The notes beneath the pieces were generated by a model. The model was not told the DNA's origin, did not search any database, and saw only the letters and a program-made list of their open reading frames with translations. Positions 1-12,459 of a stretch of DNA of 64,000 nucleotides are shown here, piece after piece. The position numbers and the translations under genes were made by a program. Positions within the stretch are counted from its first letter, which is position 1. The number at the start of each line of letters is the position of its first letter. The DNA comes from Styela clava (Eukaryota). The stretch covers positions 6,386,001-6,450,000 of the forward strand of contig NC_135260.1 of the NCBI RefSeq assembly GCF_964204865.1. The letters run 5' to 3'.

Positions 1-378
1 TTCCAAATTTCTGATAGTTCGATTCATCTGAATATTTGTTGTTTCGAGATCCTGAATTTGTTGTTTCATTTCTCGATTTTCTGTTTCAATTTTATCCATT
101 TTCCTTCTCATGTCCCTCATTGCCTCTTCATCAACAATGTCACACTGACAAGATTCTCTCTTTTCTCCTTTTATTCCAGGCAATCCATTCATTCCTCGTT
201 TTCCTGGTCTTCCCTGAGATGTAGATGTTCGAAGTGTCGACGTAGCATGTTCTGTGGTTTTTCCAGGTTGACATAGTGTTGTTGTTGTAGTGCAAGTGTA
301 AGGAGGAGAAAGTATATGCTTTTGAGCTTGTGTTGAAGTCATGCAAAGAATGCATATAAGCAAGGAATAGCTAACCAT
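1..378 (-). CDS. First coding exon of a ficolin-like (signal peptide, short collagen, coiled coil) gene; runs off the left window edge; paralog of 16428..23846
   Basis: Open frame from ATG at 378 (in-frame ATG also at 390) to base 1: MVSYSLLICILCMTSTQAQKHILSPPYTCTTTTTLCQPGKTTEHATSTLRTSTSQGRPGKRGMNGLPGIKGEKRESCQCDIVDEEAMRDMRRKMDKIETENREMKQQIQDLETTNIQMNRTIRNLE. It aligns without gaps to exon 1 at 16428..16803. Absent from the ORF track because it has no stop inside the window. Confidence 0.85.
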   Translation of the reverse strand, partial: MVSYSLLICILCMTSTQAQKHILSPPYTCTTTTTLCQPGKTTEHATSTLRTSTSQGRPGKRGMNGLPGIKGEKRESCQCDIVDEEAMRDMRRKMDKIETENREMKQQIQDLETTNIQMNRTIRNLE

Positions 379-485
379 GGTTATGTTCATTTATCTAAAA
401 GATTACATTGTTGCTCGTTAATGGCAAATCTTCGGATCGACCAAACCTTGAAATGCGTTTGAGTCCTCAAGCTTATTCACTAGAC

Positions 486-1346
486 CAGGCGTGTCCAACC
501 TTTTTAGTGTCGCGGGTCACTTTCACATGGGGAAATTCATTGCGGGCCGCAAACGTTTTTACCAAACTTAAATAGCCATCCAATTCCGATTTACGTTAGA
601 ATTTGAGCGTCGCTAAATCATACGCAATATTGCACAACATATTTGCGGATTTCTGAACACAAGATGCACACAAAGACAATGAAATTCAACTCAAATTTTA
701 TGCAAAATTCACATGCATTGGTGTAAAAAAAAATAAAATCAACAATTTTTCTCTTCAAATAGTTCGAAACTTGCTTTTGATTGTCATTGCTCAACTGTTC
801 AATATCAACGGATAGTTTTGATACCGCACATTGTAACTAACTGGCTTGTCAAATTTTCGTACGTCAGTGTACTCCTATGCTTCGACTTCATAATTTTCAA
901 ATTATACGACTTCAAGCTCTCAGATTTATGGCATATTAGGCATACATCGTTGCTTACAACTCTTCCCAATCCTTTTGATATTTCTGATTTTCATCCTCAA
1001 TCTTCATCTAATTTGCTCCAGACATACTGGTGGATTTGTTTTCGTGATACAACATCGATAGAACACAGTACCGGCTCGACTTCAACCCTAATGACTTCAC
1101 AATTGTATCGACACAGATGTTGCACGCTTTAGCCCGCTCTAAAATCATGTTCTGTGACGCTCAACAACGCTTTTCTTATGGCGGAGTCGCCTGAAATTAT
1201 ATCCTAAATTCTAGTGAGATTTGATATCACACCAGGAAATTTTTATGTTAAATATGTTTGTATGTCCGTATTTATATAAAAACTTAAAGTGGGCCGCACG
1301 AATCCTTCCTGTGGGCCGCATGCGGCCCGCGGGTTGGACATCCCTG
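486..1346. mobile_element. Non-autonomous hAT (Charlie/Spin-like) element with transposase remnant
   Basis: Ends CAGGCGTGTCCAACC / GGTTGGACATCCCTG; perfect 8-bp TSD CACTAGAC (478-485, 1347-1354); GCGGGCCGC subterminal motifs; minus-strand remnant NLKIMKSKHRSTLTYENL..LQCAVSKLSVDIEQL (~765-905) resembles a hAT C-terminal dimerisation region. Confidence 0.85.
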
Positions 1347-4115
1347 CACTAGACGACAATATTTCGTTTTATGAACGTCTAAATGTCTTTGATACAGCCT
1401 GTGGAGTCTGAAAACATTTACAATCGATTCCTGATTCAGACTGGAAAACATTTTGACTCAACTCGAAACCAGATCGAGTGGCCATTTCTCAAATACTCAG
1501 AATGACACGAATCATCTAAATGGAACGAAGGACTCGTGATCAACTAATCGCTAGTGAGACTTAACTCAGTGGTTGACCTGACTTCAAACCCTACACTCGG
1601 GTAACCAGTGACTCGACCTAATTCAAACCTCGGGATTTAAAAAACTACTCAACTCCTGTTCCCAAAATCGAGTAAATAAAATTTTCAGAACTGGTCAACT
1701 ACTGGTATCTGATATAAAGATACGTGTAAACTTGCCTCCACAGAACGGCCCGTTTCTTATTGTGTTATTTGACAGATCGCAATTTTTTTAATTTTCACTC
1801 CAATGCATTCATGTGATGCCCGATTATCGCTAAATTTACTTAATAGAACCTGAAAAAAATCTGATGAATTCGAAATTGTGATAAATTACACAAACGGTTT
1901 GAAAAGGGTTACAGTTTTTAAAAATACTGTATGAATAATAAGGTTCATACACTCTTATGACTACTGAAGTCTCACTATGAACTAATTTTGCTCTTATTTC
2001 AACTGTCAAAAATTGACTATCCTACTACTTTTACTTTTTTGTTAAGTCATGTGAATAATATGTCTCACATATGAAATTTCTTAACAATTGGTCCAGATTT
2101 ATAAGCTCCAGTCAAAGAAAGTGAATAGTTGTGTTGTCACATTCAATCCCATTCAAATAAATAAACACTATTGAGAGTGCGCTGATATTAGTACAGCTTT
2201 AATCGACTCACGTTGTTATGTTTTTCAATATTTTGAATTCCCGCTTATATTTTTCAACATTGAAAATACGACGCCTTTCATTCAATCCGTCAAATCTACA
2301 TAAACATTCTCTAAAATACGTTTTTATTTTCTGAAGAAATTCGATCGTGCGAATCGAATGTTGAGTCTTCGAAAACTGCGGCTTTAGCTGGTTCAAACAT
2401 TGTTGATATATTGTGGGAAAACGATTGAAATAACAAATAATATTTTCTCATATCCACCTGTCTTCATCATATCATAGTAAATATTTTTCTAAATGATTAA
2501 AAGATTTTGAGTGACATAAGGAATTCCAATAAACAGCATACAACTCCCAGATGGTGTTTACAATACGCGCATTCTATTCAAACTATCACATATATCCAAA
2601 TGAACATCGTCCCAAATTCTCGTCTAGATTCTGATTTACGTGAGAAATCCCGATAAACAGCTCACAATATCCAAAATCTGTTTGAATTTAACAAATCACT
2701 TGGTCATTGAAAACTTCCTGAAATATATAGGTTTGGGCCAAATAAAAATCGTTCAACTATGACGAACTTAGCAACGATTATTCCACCGGAGTTTCTTATA
2801 AAACTCGGCATCAATGAAATTTCAATTTATTTTGTTTCCCCGAAATATTCAGTTCCTTTACCAAAACCACTCGTACACCAGAAAAATCTAAACATTTATC
2901 CACACGACGTTCATAACTCGTTTCTTTGCACTCCCACCCATCGAGATTATAATTTTATCGTTTAATTAAACAATTCGTTTTCTTCGCACATGTATTGTAG
3001 TCTATTGCGTAACCGTAACCTATAGCATGATCAAAATGGTGGCGAAGTTTCGTCTTTTTTAAATTTGATTGACCGCTAATTATTTCAATCTATCATTCAA
3101 CCAGCGACGCTTAAAATAATTTAAATTGTAGATTCGTTTTATATTATTTACCCCAAGGGTCTGGGTTAGGGGTGCACAACATCTAAGGGTCGAAGGTAAA
3201 AAGTGCGGCGATGCTAGTGTGTTTTTAGTTGGAAATAAGGAATACCTACGAGTTAATTACCTAAAACGGAGGTGACGAATTTGCGACCCACCAACGGATT
3301 TCGTGCGACCCGCGAAGCATTCAGGCAATTCAGTGTATGTTTTGCTTGAAGTCATAAACCTTTAGGAACTGTACATAGAAAACGCCAGTATTATTTATAT
3401 TAATGGCAACATTATTTCCAATATATTTATTTTTGTTGTATTATCTATACCTTTTACAATGGATCAAAATGACTATTGTCGTTTGCCGTTGGCTTGTTAA
3501 CGAACGCACAGGGAGAACGGGTAATCTTACTTTGTAAAAATGTAATGTTTTCGCTCCCGATACACGAGGTATGGAAGGTTTATTACTTCAGCTCAATGAT
3601 CAAAACAATGGAAAATTTTGAAAAATGTCTACATAATAAAAATCGGTTAATCGCCACAGGATTGATCTGTTTATAATTTATATATTCGAAATTTTGCGAA
3701 ATACGAATCTTTTATACAAAGCTCCCGCCACTAATGCAAAAATGTGGATTGTGAGAAAAATATCACGCTCTGAAAAATCAGTAATTATCCAATTGCGGTT
3801 CGGGTTTGGAATTATTTGAGAATTTAAATTTCAGGCACAATCTTCATTCCTAGCCCGCACCCTAAAACCGTAAACGGAACATTTTATTTTTCGGTATTTT
3901 GATCGGAGGCGGTCGGTGGTGTTTTAAATGGCCAGGGGAGGTGCAATCGAAGCGTAGGTTGAAATACGTCCATAGGCGCAGCCAGAATAAGCAAAAGGAT
4001 GGGTAAATCGGAAGGAATACGGAAATTTACATGCAACAGTCGACGTAGGCCATTTGTGAAAACAGCCCACTTTTTCGACGGATAATTTTTCTCCAAATAT
4101 AGTTCATAACAAATT

Positions 4116-4216
4116 TTGGAGCTCCTGAAGTATGCGCACCAAGATGGCGCACAACCTGAACTCAGGTTGTGTACCAGGTTAGGGTTCAGGTTGGTGCGCA
4201 TACTTCAGAAGTACCC
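4116..4216. repeat. Short palindromic MITE-like repeat (related copy ~34912..35000)
   Basis: Arms CTGAAGTATGCGCACCAA / TTGGTGCGCATACTTCAG around AAGATGGCG and GGTTAGGGTT motifs. Confidence 0.6.
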
Positions 4217-5599
4217 AAATTTTTAACTCGAAAATTTAGAAAAGTCATTTCAGTAGACAGTACAGTATTCCGTGCAATATACCATGATATTGTTTTTTAT
4301 GCGGCAGGAAATGCGTCAGCAAAGACTTGATTATGCTCTTCACATAATTCTACTCCTGCAAAGCCTCGTTAAGAGCGACTGACAAAAACAGCTCGTAAAA
4401 AGTTATTCAATATCTATCTCTCTTTCAGACAAAATTCTTTGTAAAAGAAATAGTGCCAAACCACCAACAGTGCAGGTATAATGAAAAGAAACTCGAAAAC
4501 CAACAGCATATGGTAAAGAAAAAGACTAACAGTGGAAAATGAAAACAAAGTGCAAAATGTTATAACCGGTCTCTTTATTTCTAATTATGATACCTATTAC
4601 AGAGCTTTATATATTTATAATAAATAGAATGAGGAATTACTAGCATGCCAGAATGCGACTTCAGTGTCGCCAGGAATGTGCTGGGGATATTAATCATTCA
4701 AATGGCGCACTTTGATTTAAAAAATATGTATATATTTTGCATACTAAATCAATAAGATTTCCTACATTTCCTGTCATCAGATAACAGATAACAAATAAAG
4801 CATAAGAATAGCTGACATAGAAGAATCTGAATCAGGCAAGGAAATTATAATGCAGCTAATTTTTGCAGCACCAAAAGTGGTAAATTTTATATTCATACCA
4901 ATCATCATATCTAAATGTTACATACTACAGGGCTGGTATGGAAAACTCGACTAAGATTGCAATTTGATGGAAATATCGAAGTTGTAGGATTCATTGCATG
5001 AAGTCAACTTTGCAATGTTTAATTTGTTCATTCAGGCATGATTTGAATGATTTCTTTCTGTTTTCTGTTTGTAATTGAATTTTTTGATGCTTTTCCAGTA
5101 GTTTTTCACTCAAAAAATACCTTCCACAGAAAGTAAATTTGAGGACATGTATTTCTAACTGTTTCTTAAGATGACTTTTCATTGCATTGCACTCGTGAAA
5201 ACAATTTTGCGGAATAAACAATATAGTTTCCTCGGAACCGAATGCATTTGAACGACTAATATTAATGTGTTTAACTTTCCTTTGAGATTTAAAATTTTTC
5301 TGCATGTATACCCCCTTCAGCATAGTTTGTCTGTCTGTTGTCCGTTATACTGTTATCGGTAATATCCCACTTAAGTCTGATCATAGTCCAGTCCTGTGAA
5401 TCAGAGCTGTAATCTCACAGTTAGAATTCATCCAGCCGTCACCAGTAATTTGTAAGTATAGTCACTTACAGATATTCTAGTACATGCAATTCCACCCATT
5501 TAGGTATGGTTCTCCCAGAACGAATGGAAGCATATCTTGATCATATTTCAAAACATGCCCCCACGTCCTGTCATCGTTCCACAGAATATTCAACATACC

Positions 5600-5992
5600 C
5601 GGGATCGGATCGTGTCATTTTCAGGTCCTAAGCACGCAAGACTTGGGTGCCCTTTATGTAAAAGAATTATTAAACTAGTGTTATCTAAAATGGAATATAT
5701 AAGTTTCAGTATTTAGTAGGCTACTTACTGACTGAAGGCCAAGTTATGATTAATTAACATGATGTTTTTTGAAATAGTTCTAATGCATACAAACATTTAT
5801 GGAGAGGGTTGAAAGATTATACTGTTTATTTTGACTGGGCCAATATTGAGGTATGAATCGTCTGACCAACTCCAATCATTTCCTTAAACACTGAGGCATT
5901 ATTGAAAATTTGTCTTGGGAAATATCTGTGGTGCCCCTTTCTCTTGGTACCTACGTGCTTGTTATGCTTAATGAATTGTTAATCCAGCCCTG
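5600..5992. mobile_element. Degenerate hAT-type MITE
   Basis: Right end AATCCAGCCCTG, degenerate left end; flanks AACATACC / GACATACC (7/8 TSD). Confidence 0.5.
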
Positions 5993-6983
5993 GACATACC
6001 ATGTTAGCCAGAAAGGCTACAAATTTGGGTATTCCCGAAGGACGTGAACCAAGATGGCGGGCACCGGAACGTAGTATGTGTACCAGGTTAGGGTTTGGCC
6101 ATAATTTCAGGTACAAATACTACGGGAGTCACTTGGCTAATCACCAAACTTGTAAGAAAACTAAAATAAGGAAAACTTGAATAAAATTAAGTTTGAATAA
6201 ATTTAAATATTTTGCTGTGCGTGCTCAATAAAAACCAATTCATTTATTAAATATAGCTCAAAAAAGACCTCGATCTTATTGGTGGCCGCAGTGCTTTTAC
6301 AAAAACGCAATGCGACAGTCTGCATAAAAAGGCTGTTGTATCATGTGGCCTAGGCTAGGCGTACATCGAATATATTACTTCTAGAAAGCTCTTGTGACTT
6401 AGAATAGTTGACTTCACTCTTTATGCAGCATTCTTCCTTTACGCGAATATGGATCGACCAGCGCGAAGACACAAAAATCAGATAAGTCGGCTAGTACGTC
6501 ACACAGGAACCCCCCAGTTAATACGGTAGCTATAATTATTTATGAGTAATTTGTACGGTACACAATCATACGGAAAGGAACTGAATATATTCAGTTCATT
6601 ACGACACAATGGCCGGATCTGCATCGCGTAATGTCGGATAGTTTCGCGTGGCATCGCGTGTTATCGGATTGCTTCGCTATATTTCACGCTTTCGCAAATT
6701 ATTCTTATTTTCGGACGTCTACGGTTCTGAGTACTGGTTGAGGGGACGCCAAATAATTAATAATAACAATAGTGAATAGACAAAACACCCTTTAATTAAT
6801 TTAAAACTATTAAAAAAGAAAAAAGATCGGTAATAAGCTGGATCGAAAAAACTAAATTTCGCGATCATGCTCTTTACTTGTAAAAATGATATTGTTACGT
6901 CATAATTTTAGCAAAATCTACAATTTTGTAACAATGTAATTCAATTAAAGATATTATTTCACGACTGATATCGCTGAGTAAAG

Positions 6984-9900
6984 ATGGAATTCTTACAAGC
7001 TTTATTGGAGTTTATCTTGCCGTTCTTTGGATTTGCAGTGGTTGAGGAGGTGGTTCCGGTCATTCCGGAACCTAAACCATGTGAAGGGCTGGTTGAGTGC
7101 TTCATGGAGGGTCTAGAATACCTGGCTCCGGCAGGAAGTTCTTCGGACTACATGGCAGTTTTGGAACATATTCGCAATGACTTCGTACTTTCGAGAGTTC
7201 TTCTTTTGGTTCAAATTGTGTTGATGTGTGTGGTCTTCCGCAAGCATGTTGCAATCTTCGTGAAGGGGTGAGAGACATATTTCTGATTTGTAGACATACT
7301 AGGCTACCGGTAGGCATGTAGGCTCCCCTGTCTGACCATATAGATATATCCAACCCCATTGCAGTTGCACCCTTGTAACCAATGAAGTATATTTGACTAA
7401 ATGAATAGGCAGTACCGTGCTGGTTACTACAACACACACCCCTTGTATTCAGATTGCTCTTCTGTATGAAGATGGTAATCAATGAACTTGGACGAATGAT
7501 GGCGTTTGACCACATCAGAAAATCCGAGGAGGAGGTAAGTTATGATTAGGTTACTGGAATATTTAGTGATGGGGGGGGGGGGGGGTGTTGCGTTGATATT
7601 ACTAGCTTTGCATACATATTCATTATACATATTATCAATGAGACCACCCCCCAAACCCCAAACCCCCCCTTCAATACTAAATATCTACAGGGTAGTAGAC
7701 CACAGGTTTGAAAATTCATCCCACGCGGAAAAATATGAAGTGACTTAAATTTTTTTTCAACATTACCTCTGATGATGGATGCTTTCATTTGAGCCCAAAT
7801 GTGCATTTGTATTCGTATCGTAACTGTTGAGTTATATAATAATGTTATTCAACTTTTAACTCGTAACAGTATAGTTTCAGTGTATACTCTAATCATTCAA
7901 AATCCATCCCACGCGGAAAAATAAAAAGTGGCTTGGAATTTTTTAACATTACCTGTGATGTGATGCTTTCAGTTGGACACATTTATGCATTTGTATTCAT
8001 AACGTAACTGTTGAGTTGAATAATAGTGTTTTTTTGAATTTTAACTTGTAACGGTATAGTTTCAGTGTATCCTGAATATTCAAAATCCATCCCACGCGGA
8101 AAAATAAAAAATGACTGGGAATTTTTTCAACATCACCTATGATGATGGGTGCTTTCATTTGGGCATAAACCTGCATTTGTATTCATATCGTAATTGTTAT
8201 ATTGAATATTACTGTTATTCAACTTTCTACTCGTAACGGTATAGTTTCAGTGTAGGTTAGTCATTTAAAATCCATCCCACGCGGAAAAATAAAATGTGAC
8301 TTGGAAATTTTTTCAACATTACCTCTGATGATGGATGCTTTTGTTAGGTTATAAATCTGCATTTGTATTCATATCGCAACTGTTGAGTTAAATAATAGTG
8401 TTACGCGACTTTAACTCGTAACGGTATAATTTTAGTATATCTTGGCCATTCAAATTCCATCCCACGCGGAAAAATAAAAAGTGACTTGGAATTTTTTCAA
8501 CATTACCTCTGATGATGGATGCTTTTGTTTGGTTATAAATCTGCATTTGTATTCATAACGCAACTGTTGAGTTAATAATAGTGTTACGCGACTTACCTTG
8601 TAACGATATAGTTTTAGTATATCTTAGCCATTGAAAATTCATCCCACGGGGAAAATTAAAAAAGTCCCAATAACAATTCTCAATATCAGATCTTGGAGAT
8701 TTTGTTACACAGACACAAAACTGTTTTTGTCAGAGCATCTTGTTTGTTAGCAGGTTGTCAGAGTTATTCTAATTTATACTCAAAGCAGAAATGCGGAAGT
8801 TAGAAATAGTACTATCTGATCTCATCATCTACGGAGCAGGCCATAGTCATTAAAATCCTTCCCACACGGAAAAATAAATTTGACATACAAAATTCATAAC
8901 ATTAAATTTTATGAATAAAGCGGTTGCCAGAACACTTATTTGCATTTATACTAAAATCGAAACTTTTAGGTCCGTCGGAGAAAAATAATAGCCTATTCGA
9001 CCATTGCCTCATAACTATAGAGGAGCCATACTCATTCAAAACTATCCCACGCGTAAAAATATAATGTTTATAAATCATTTTTAAACTGGCTCATATAAAA
9101 TATTGTGATTACTTCATCATAATTTTCGCAATAATGATCAGATAAAAACCGATGAGTTGGGTAAAAATTTCATTCGGCTTCCGAATCGCGGTAAGAAGCT
9201 AGACCATACTCATTTAAATCCATTCTACACGAAAAAATAAAAGCCCCACGGCCACAAACAATTTTTAATATCAGGTCTTGTGGAGAAAGGGGCTACCATA
9301 GCACAAATCCGGTTTTGTGGTTCTTGATTTCGTTAGTCAGGGAGGTTGGCACGGTTCAGCTAAGGATTTGCACGCAAAGCGGATCTATTAAGTCTGAAAA
9401 AGCAATCATCGGCTTCTGACTCATCCATAGAGAGGGCCATAGTAATCAAAAATTCTTCCCACGCGGAAAAATAAAATGTGCTGTACAAAATTTTTAGCAT
9501 TGTGTCTTGTGAAAATAGCGGTCGTCCGAGCGTAAATCTGCATTTGAAGTTAAACCGGAACGTTATTCGGCCTCTGAATCATAGCCATAGGGTGACCATC
9601 ATTGATAAGAACCGATCAGTTAGGGAAAATGTCATTCGGCCATCGAATCGCGGTAATACAGCAGACCAGACGCGCGTGCGTAGCACTATCCAAGGATCCA
9701 TTAAAGATTGAATAAATAAAGTAGTTAGGAAGGCAAAGGGAGAAATTTATAGGTTGTGTAAGATTGGGAACCACTGCTTCTAAATCATATCCATGTTTTC
9801 ACCAGATTGAGAACCTTCGCTTGCTGGCCGTTAACACTACTAAACTTGTTGATGCCAAACTTGCTGTGCTTGAGGCAAAGTTGGAGATGATTGCTGAGGA

Positions 9901-10915
9901 AAAAAAGGTCTGTTTTTTTTTACTTTTTATCTTACAACATGATCACTTCGTTATTGTTTATGGGTTTGTATTAAATTTCCGGTACTCCCGTAGTATGTGA
10001 ACCAAGGTGGCAGACACCGGAACGTAGTATGTGTGCCAGGTTAGGGGTAGGCCGTAATTTAAGGCGCAAAGACTACGGCAGTCACTTGGCTAGTCGCCAA
10101 CCTCGTGATAAAACTAAAATTGGAATAAAATTATGGCCTAACCCTATCTTGTTACACATACTACGTTCCGATGTCCGTCATCTTGGTTCACATACTACGG
10201 GAACACCAAATCTTAAACTAGATATACATACATTCTTCAAATAAAATTAAAAGGAAGTAACTTAAGTTGAGTTGGTATATTGCGAGATTTCAAAAAGCAA
10301 AAATGATGAGTTGAACGTAGAACGGGCAGGACAGTAAGTTACATGCTTATATTCCAAAATAAATCATACGTTGACTGTTACACTCAAGGCACTGAAAGAG
10401 GAACTTGCTAGTTTCAAGGCTACAGTGACAGAACACCAGAAAGAGCACCTTGATATTACCATGAGATGGGCAAAGCACGTTGAAGATATGATGGACAGGA
10501 ACAAATATCTTGAGGCTAGACGAGTAAGTTAGAAGTGTGAGCTTAGAATAAATGCGCCTGCAAGTCGACAGAACGTTGTGGAATTCTAAAGTAGTCCAAA
10601 CAGGAATTTAGATTTTTAAATGGTGCCCGGTAAAGAAATGATAGGTCTTTATTGACATAGTTTGGTTCAAGCATTCGAAACACGATTTTTAGGCAGGATT
10701 GGATTTATTTTAGAGTTTAGCATCGCTAGATAGATCTGTCTTATCAGTTCAACTTTATCCGTGGAGAAATATATTTTTGCTACTTATAAATTTATGTTTA
10801 GGTTGCTGCTGCTAAGAGGTCTACTGGAATTCCCTTGCTCAACTCGCCTAGACCGATCTCGCCAAGACTTATTGGCGGCGCCAGCACCGTTACCGTTGCT
10901 GGCACCAACAAATAA
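6984..10915 (+). CDS. Orphan ~238-aa protein with hydrophobic/TM segments and a C-terminal coiled coil (possibly a decaying copy)
   Basis: Phase-consistent GT-AG exons 6984-7267, 7453-7534, 9806-9907, 10389-10523, 10802-10915 give MEFLQALLEFILPFFGFAVV...VLLLVQIVLMCVVFRKHVAIFVKG-LLFCMKMVINELGRMMAFDHIRKSEEE-IENLRLLAVNTTKLVDAKLAVLEAKLEMIAEEKK-ALKEELASFKATVTEHQKEHLDITMRWAKHVEDMMDRNKYLEARR-VAAAKRSTGIPLLNSPRPISPRLIGGASTVTVAGTNK*. No family recognised. Confidence 0.6.
7711..9670 (+). repeat. Intronic tandem array, 10 units of ~178-233 bp with a conserved box AAAATCCATCCCACGCGGAAAAATAAAA
   Basis: Box starts at ~7711, 7899, 8082, 8267, 8452, 8634, 8852, 9038, 9216, 9449. The first five units are mutually similar; the later units are diverged with an ABC/A'B'C' higher-order pattern. 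Confidence 0.9.
9981..10207. mobile_element. Palindromic MITE family with long TIRs (other copies ~6028-6190, 26528-26752, 33108-33287, 34686-34891; composite versions 32258-32488, 38100-38313)
   Basis: ~80-bp inverted arms GGTACTCCCGTAGTATGTGAACCAAGATGGCGGACACCGGAACGTAGTATGTGTACCAGGTTAGGGTTAGGCCATAATTT around a ~60-bp core; recurs at least 7 times in the window. Confidence 0.8.
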
Positions 10916-11920
10916 TTTTCCAGCAATACTTTTTTTTATTTATTTTTTTTTTATAATTTAGAAATAGTATTATTTAGGCTTAAATAGTTTTTATATTTTA
11001 GGGGTGGGTCACAAAACCTGATTTTAAATTTATTTAAATTATTTTTTTTTTGTAGTGATAAATCTAAAATGTTAGTATAGTAAGTTAATTCCAATTTCAA
11101 GTATTATTTTTAACACACATATTGCAACCTTAATCCAACAATGAATTTAATATAGCTATAGATTAAATTAGAAAATAATGAATTTTTGCTAATGGCATGA
11201 AATTTCATACCAGAATATGAGTTTTTTGTCACTATACCGTCGGCTCCAGAATTTGGGTTTGATATTTTGCTCGGAACTTTGTTCTGAAATATTTTTTTGG
11301 TTGTAATATCCAATTTTTCGGAATTGATACACGACATTTATATGGGTACAGATGCTAGATTGTTCTCATTTATTCCTCGATATTGATAAGATGATTGTAG
11401 GTTAAAAACTATTTCGAATATGCCTGATACTGAAACCAGACATTTATCCCGTGAAAGGGAAAGACGATAAAATGGCTTATTCTTGTGTCAAACCACGGGC
11501 CCACGGTCTCTCGCCAGGGTATTAGACCTGACCCGGAGAGGCCGGGTTTGGCATTTGAATAAGCTGTTTGTTGGCATTCCACTTTCGGGGTGAGCGTTCG
11601 GTTTGGGGATTAAAACATATTTGATATAAACTTCAATCTGTAGTTTATCTGAATCGATTCGGGGGATCAATTTCGTATTTCTGGATTTTAAATTACGGTC
11701 GCGCTGAATTCTGAAAATTTTCCCTATCATTTGTGCGGATTGTATGTTGCCAGGATTTTCAACTGCGAGGTGAGAGTCCCATCAAATGTTCGTGCAACTT
11801 TTTGACCGATTGTTCATTGGAATTTCCAAAAATTTCATTGGTTTTACGTTAACACGCGAGACAAGAATGGAATTACAAGGAATAACCTGAGTAATTAATC
11901 TGCTATTTTTGAAATATTTG

Positions 11921-11998
11921 GGATTCTTCGTAGCTCAGTTGGGAGAGCGCCCTTCAATCAGAGGGAGGTCATGGGATCGAGTCCCATCTTAGTTTCCA
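11921..11998 (+). tRNA. tRNA-like gene/pseudogene, copy 1 (anticodon not assignable)
   Basis: A-box TAGCTCAGTTGG; D stem GCTC/GAGC; anticodon arm CCCTT/GAGGG with a 6-nt loop; variable loop AGGTC; perfect T stem ATGGG/CCCAT with loop ATCGAGT; poorly paired acceptor stem; T-run at ~12020. Confidence 0.55.
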
Positions 11999-12381
11999 GA
12001 ATATTTCTATTTAGCGGTATTTTTTATAACATGGTCAATGTTCTTTGTGATTTTTACTTCAGATGAATTGTGTGTTCTGCGGTTGCGTTTCTAAATGAAT
12101 GTATGGGTTAAACTTCAATATTTGGCCGATTTATGGTTTATTGCTTAGAAGATTAAAATGAATCATTTCGGTTATACAACTTCAGTAGACAATATACAGG
12201 GGAAAATTAGTTTTTTTTCATTGAACTTCAAAAGCGATTAAAAATTTAAATTTCGGGCAAATTTTTGACTGATTGTCGATTGAAATTTTCGAACAAATTG
12301 TTGGTTTCATGTGAGGCAGGAAAGGAGTTAGTTAAAAGGAACCGCCTGTGTGTGATAAATCTGTTATTTGGGGGGTATTCT

Positions 12382-12459
12382 GGATTCTATGTAGCTCAGT
12401 TGGGAGAGCGCCCTTCAAACAGAGGGAGGTCATGGGATCGAGTCCCATCTTAGTTTCCA
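12382..12459 (+). tRNA. tRNA-like gene/pseudogene, copy 2 (461 bp downstream of copy 1)
   Basis: Near-identical to 11921..11998, inside a ~460-bp tandem duplication (~11800-12260 / 12261-12700) whose flanks are much more diverged than the tRNA-like core. Confidence 0.55.

Noticed and set aside
7765-8560. Tandem C/D-box snoRNA cluster (TGATGA in several units)
   Set aside because: No consistent CTGA D box or terminal stem, and the motif is missing from the diverged units.
7711-9670. CRISPR-like repeat-spacer array
   Set aside because: The inter-box segments are 150-200 bp and homologous to one another, there are no cas genes, and the context is a spliceosomal intron.
11921-12459. Opal-suppressor/Sec tRNA (CTTCAAA in copy 2) with TGA recoding of the adjacent plus-strand frame
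   Set aside because: TCA is not centred in a 7-nt loop on a paired stem, there is no long variable arm, and the nearby frame also contains TAA stops.
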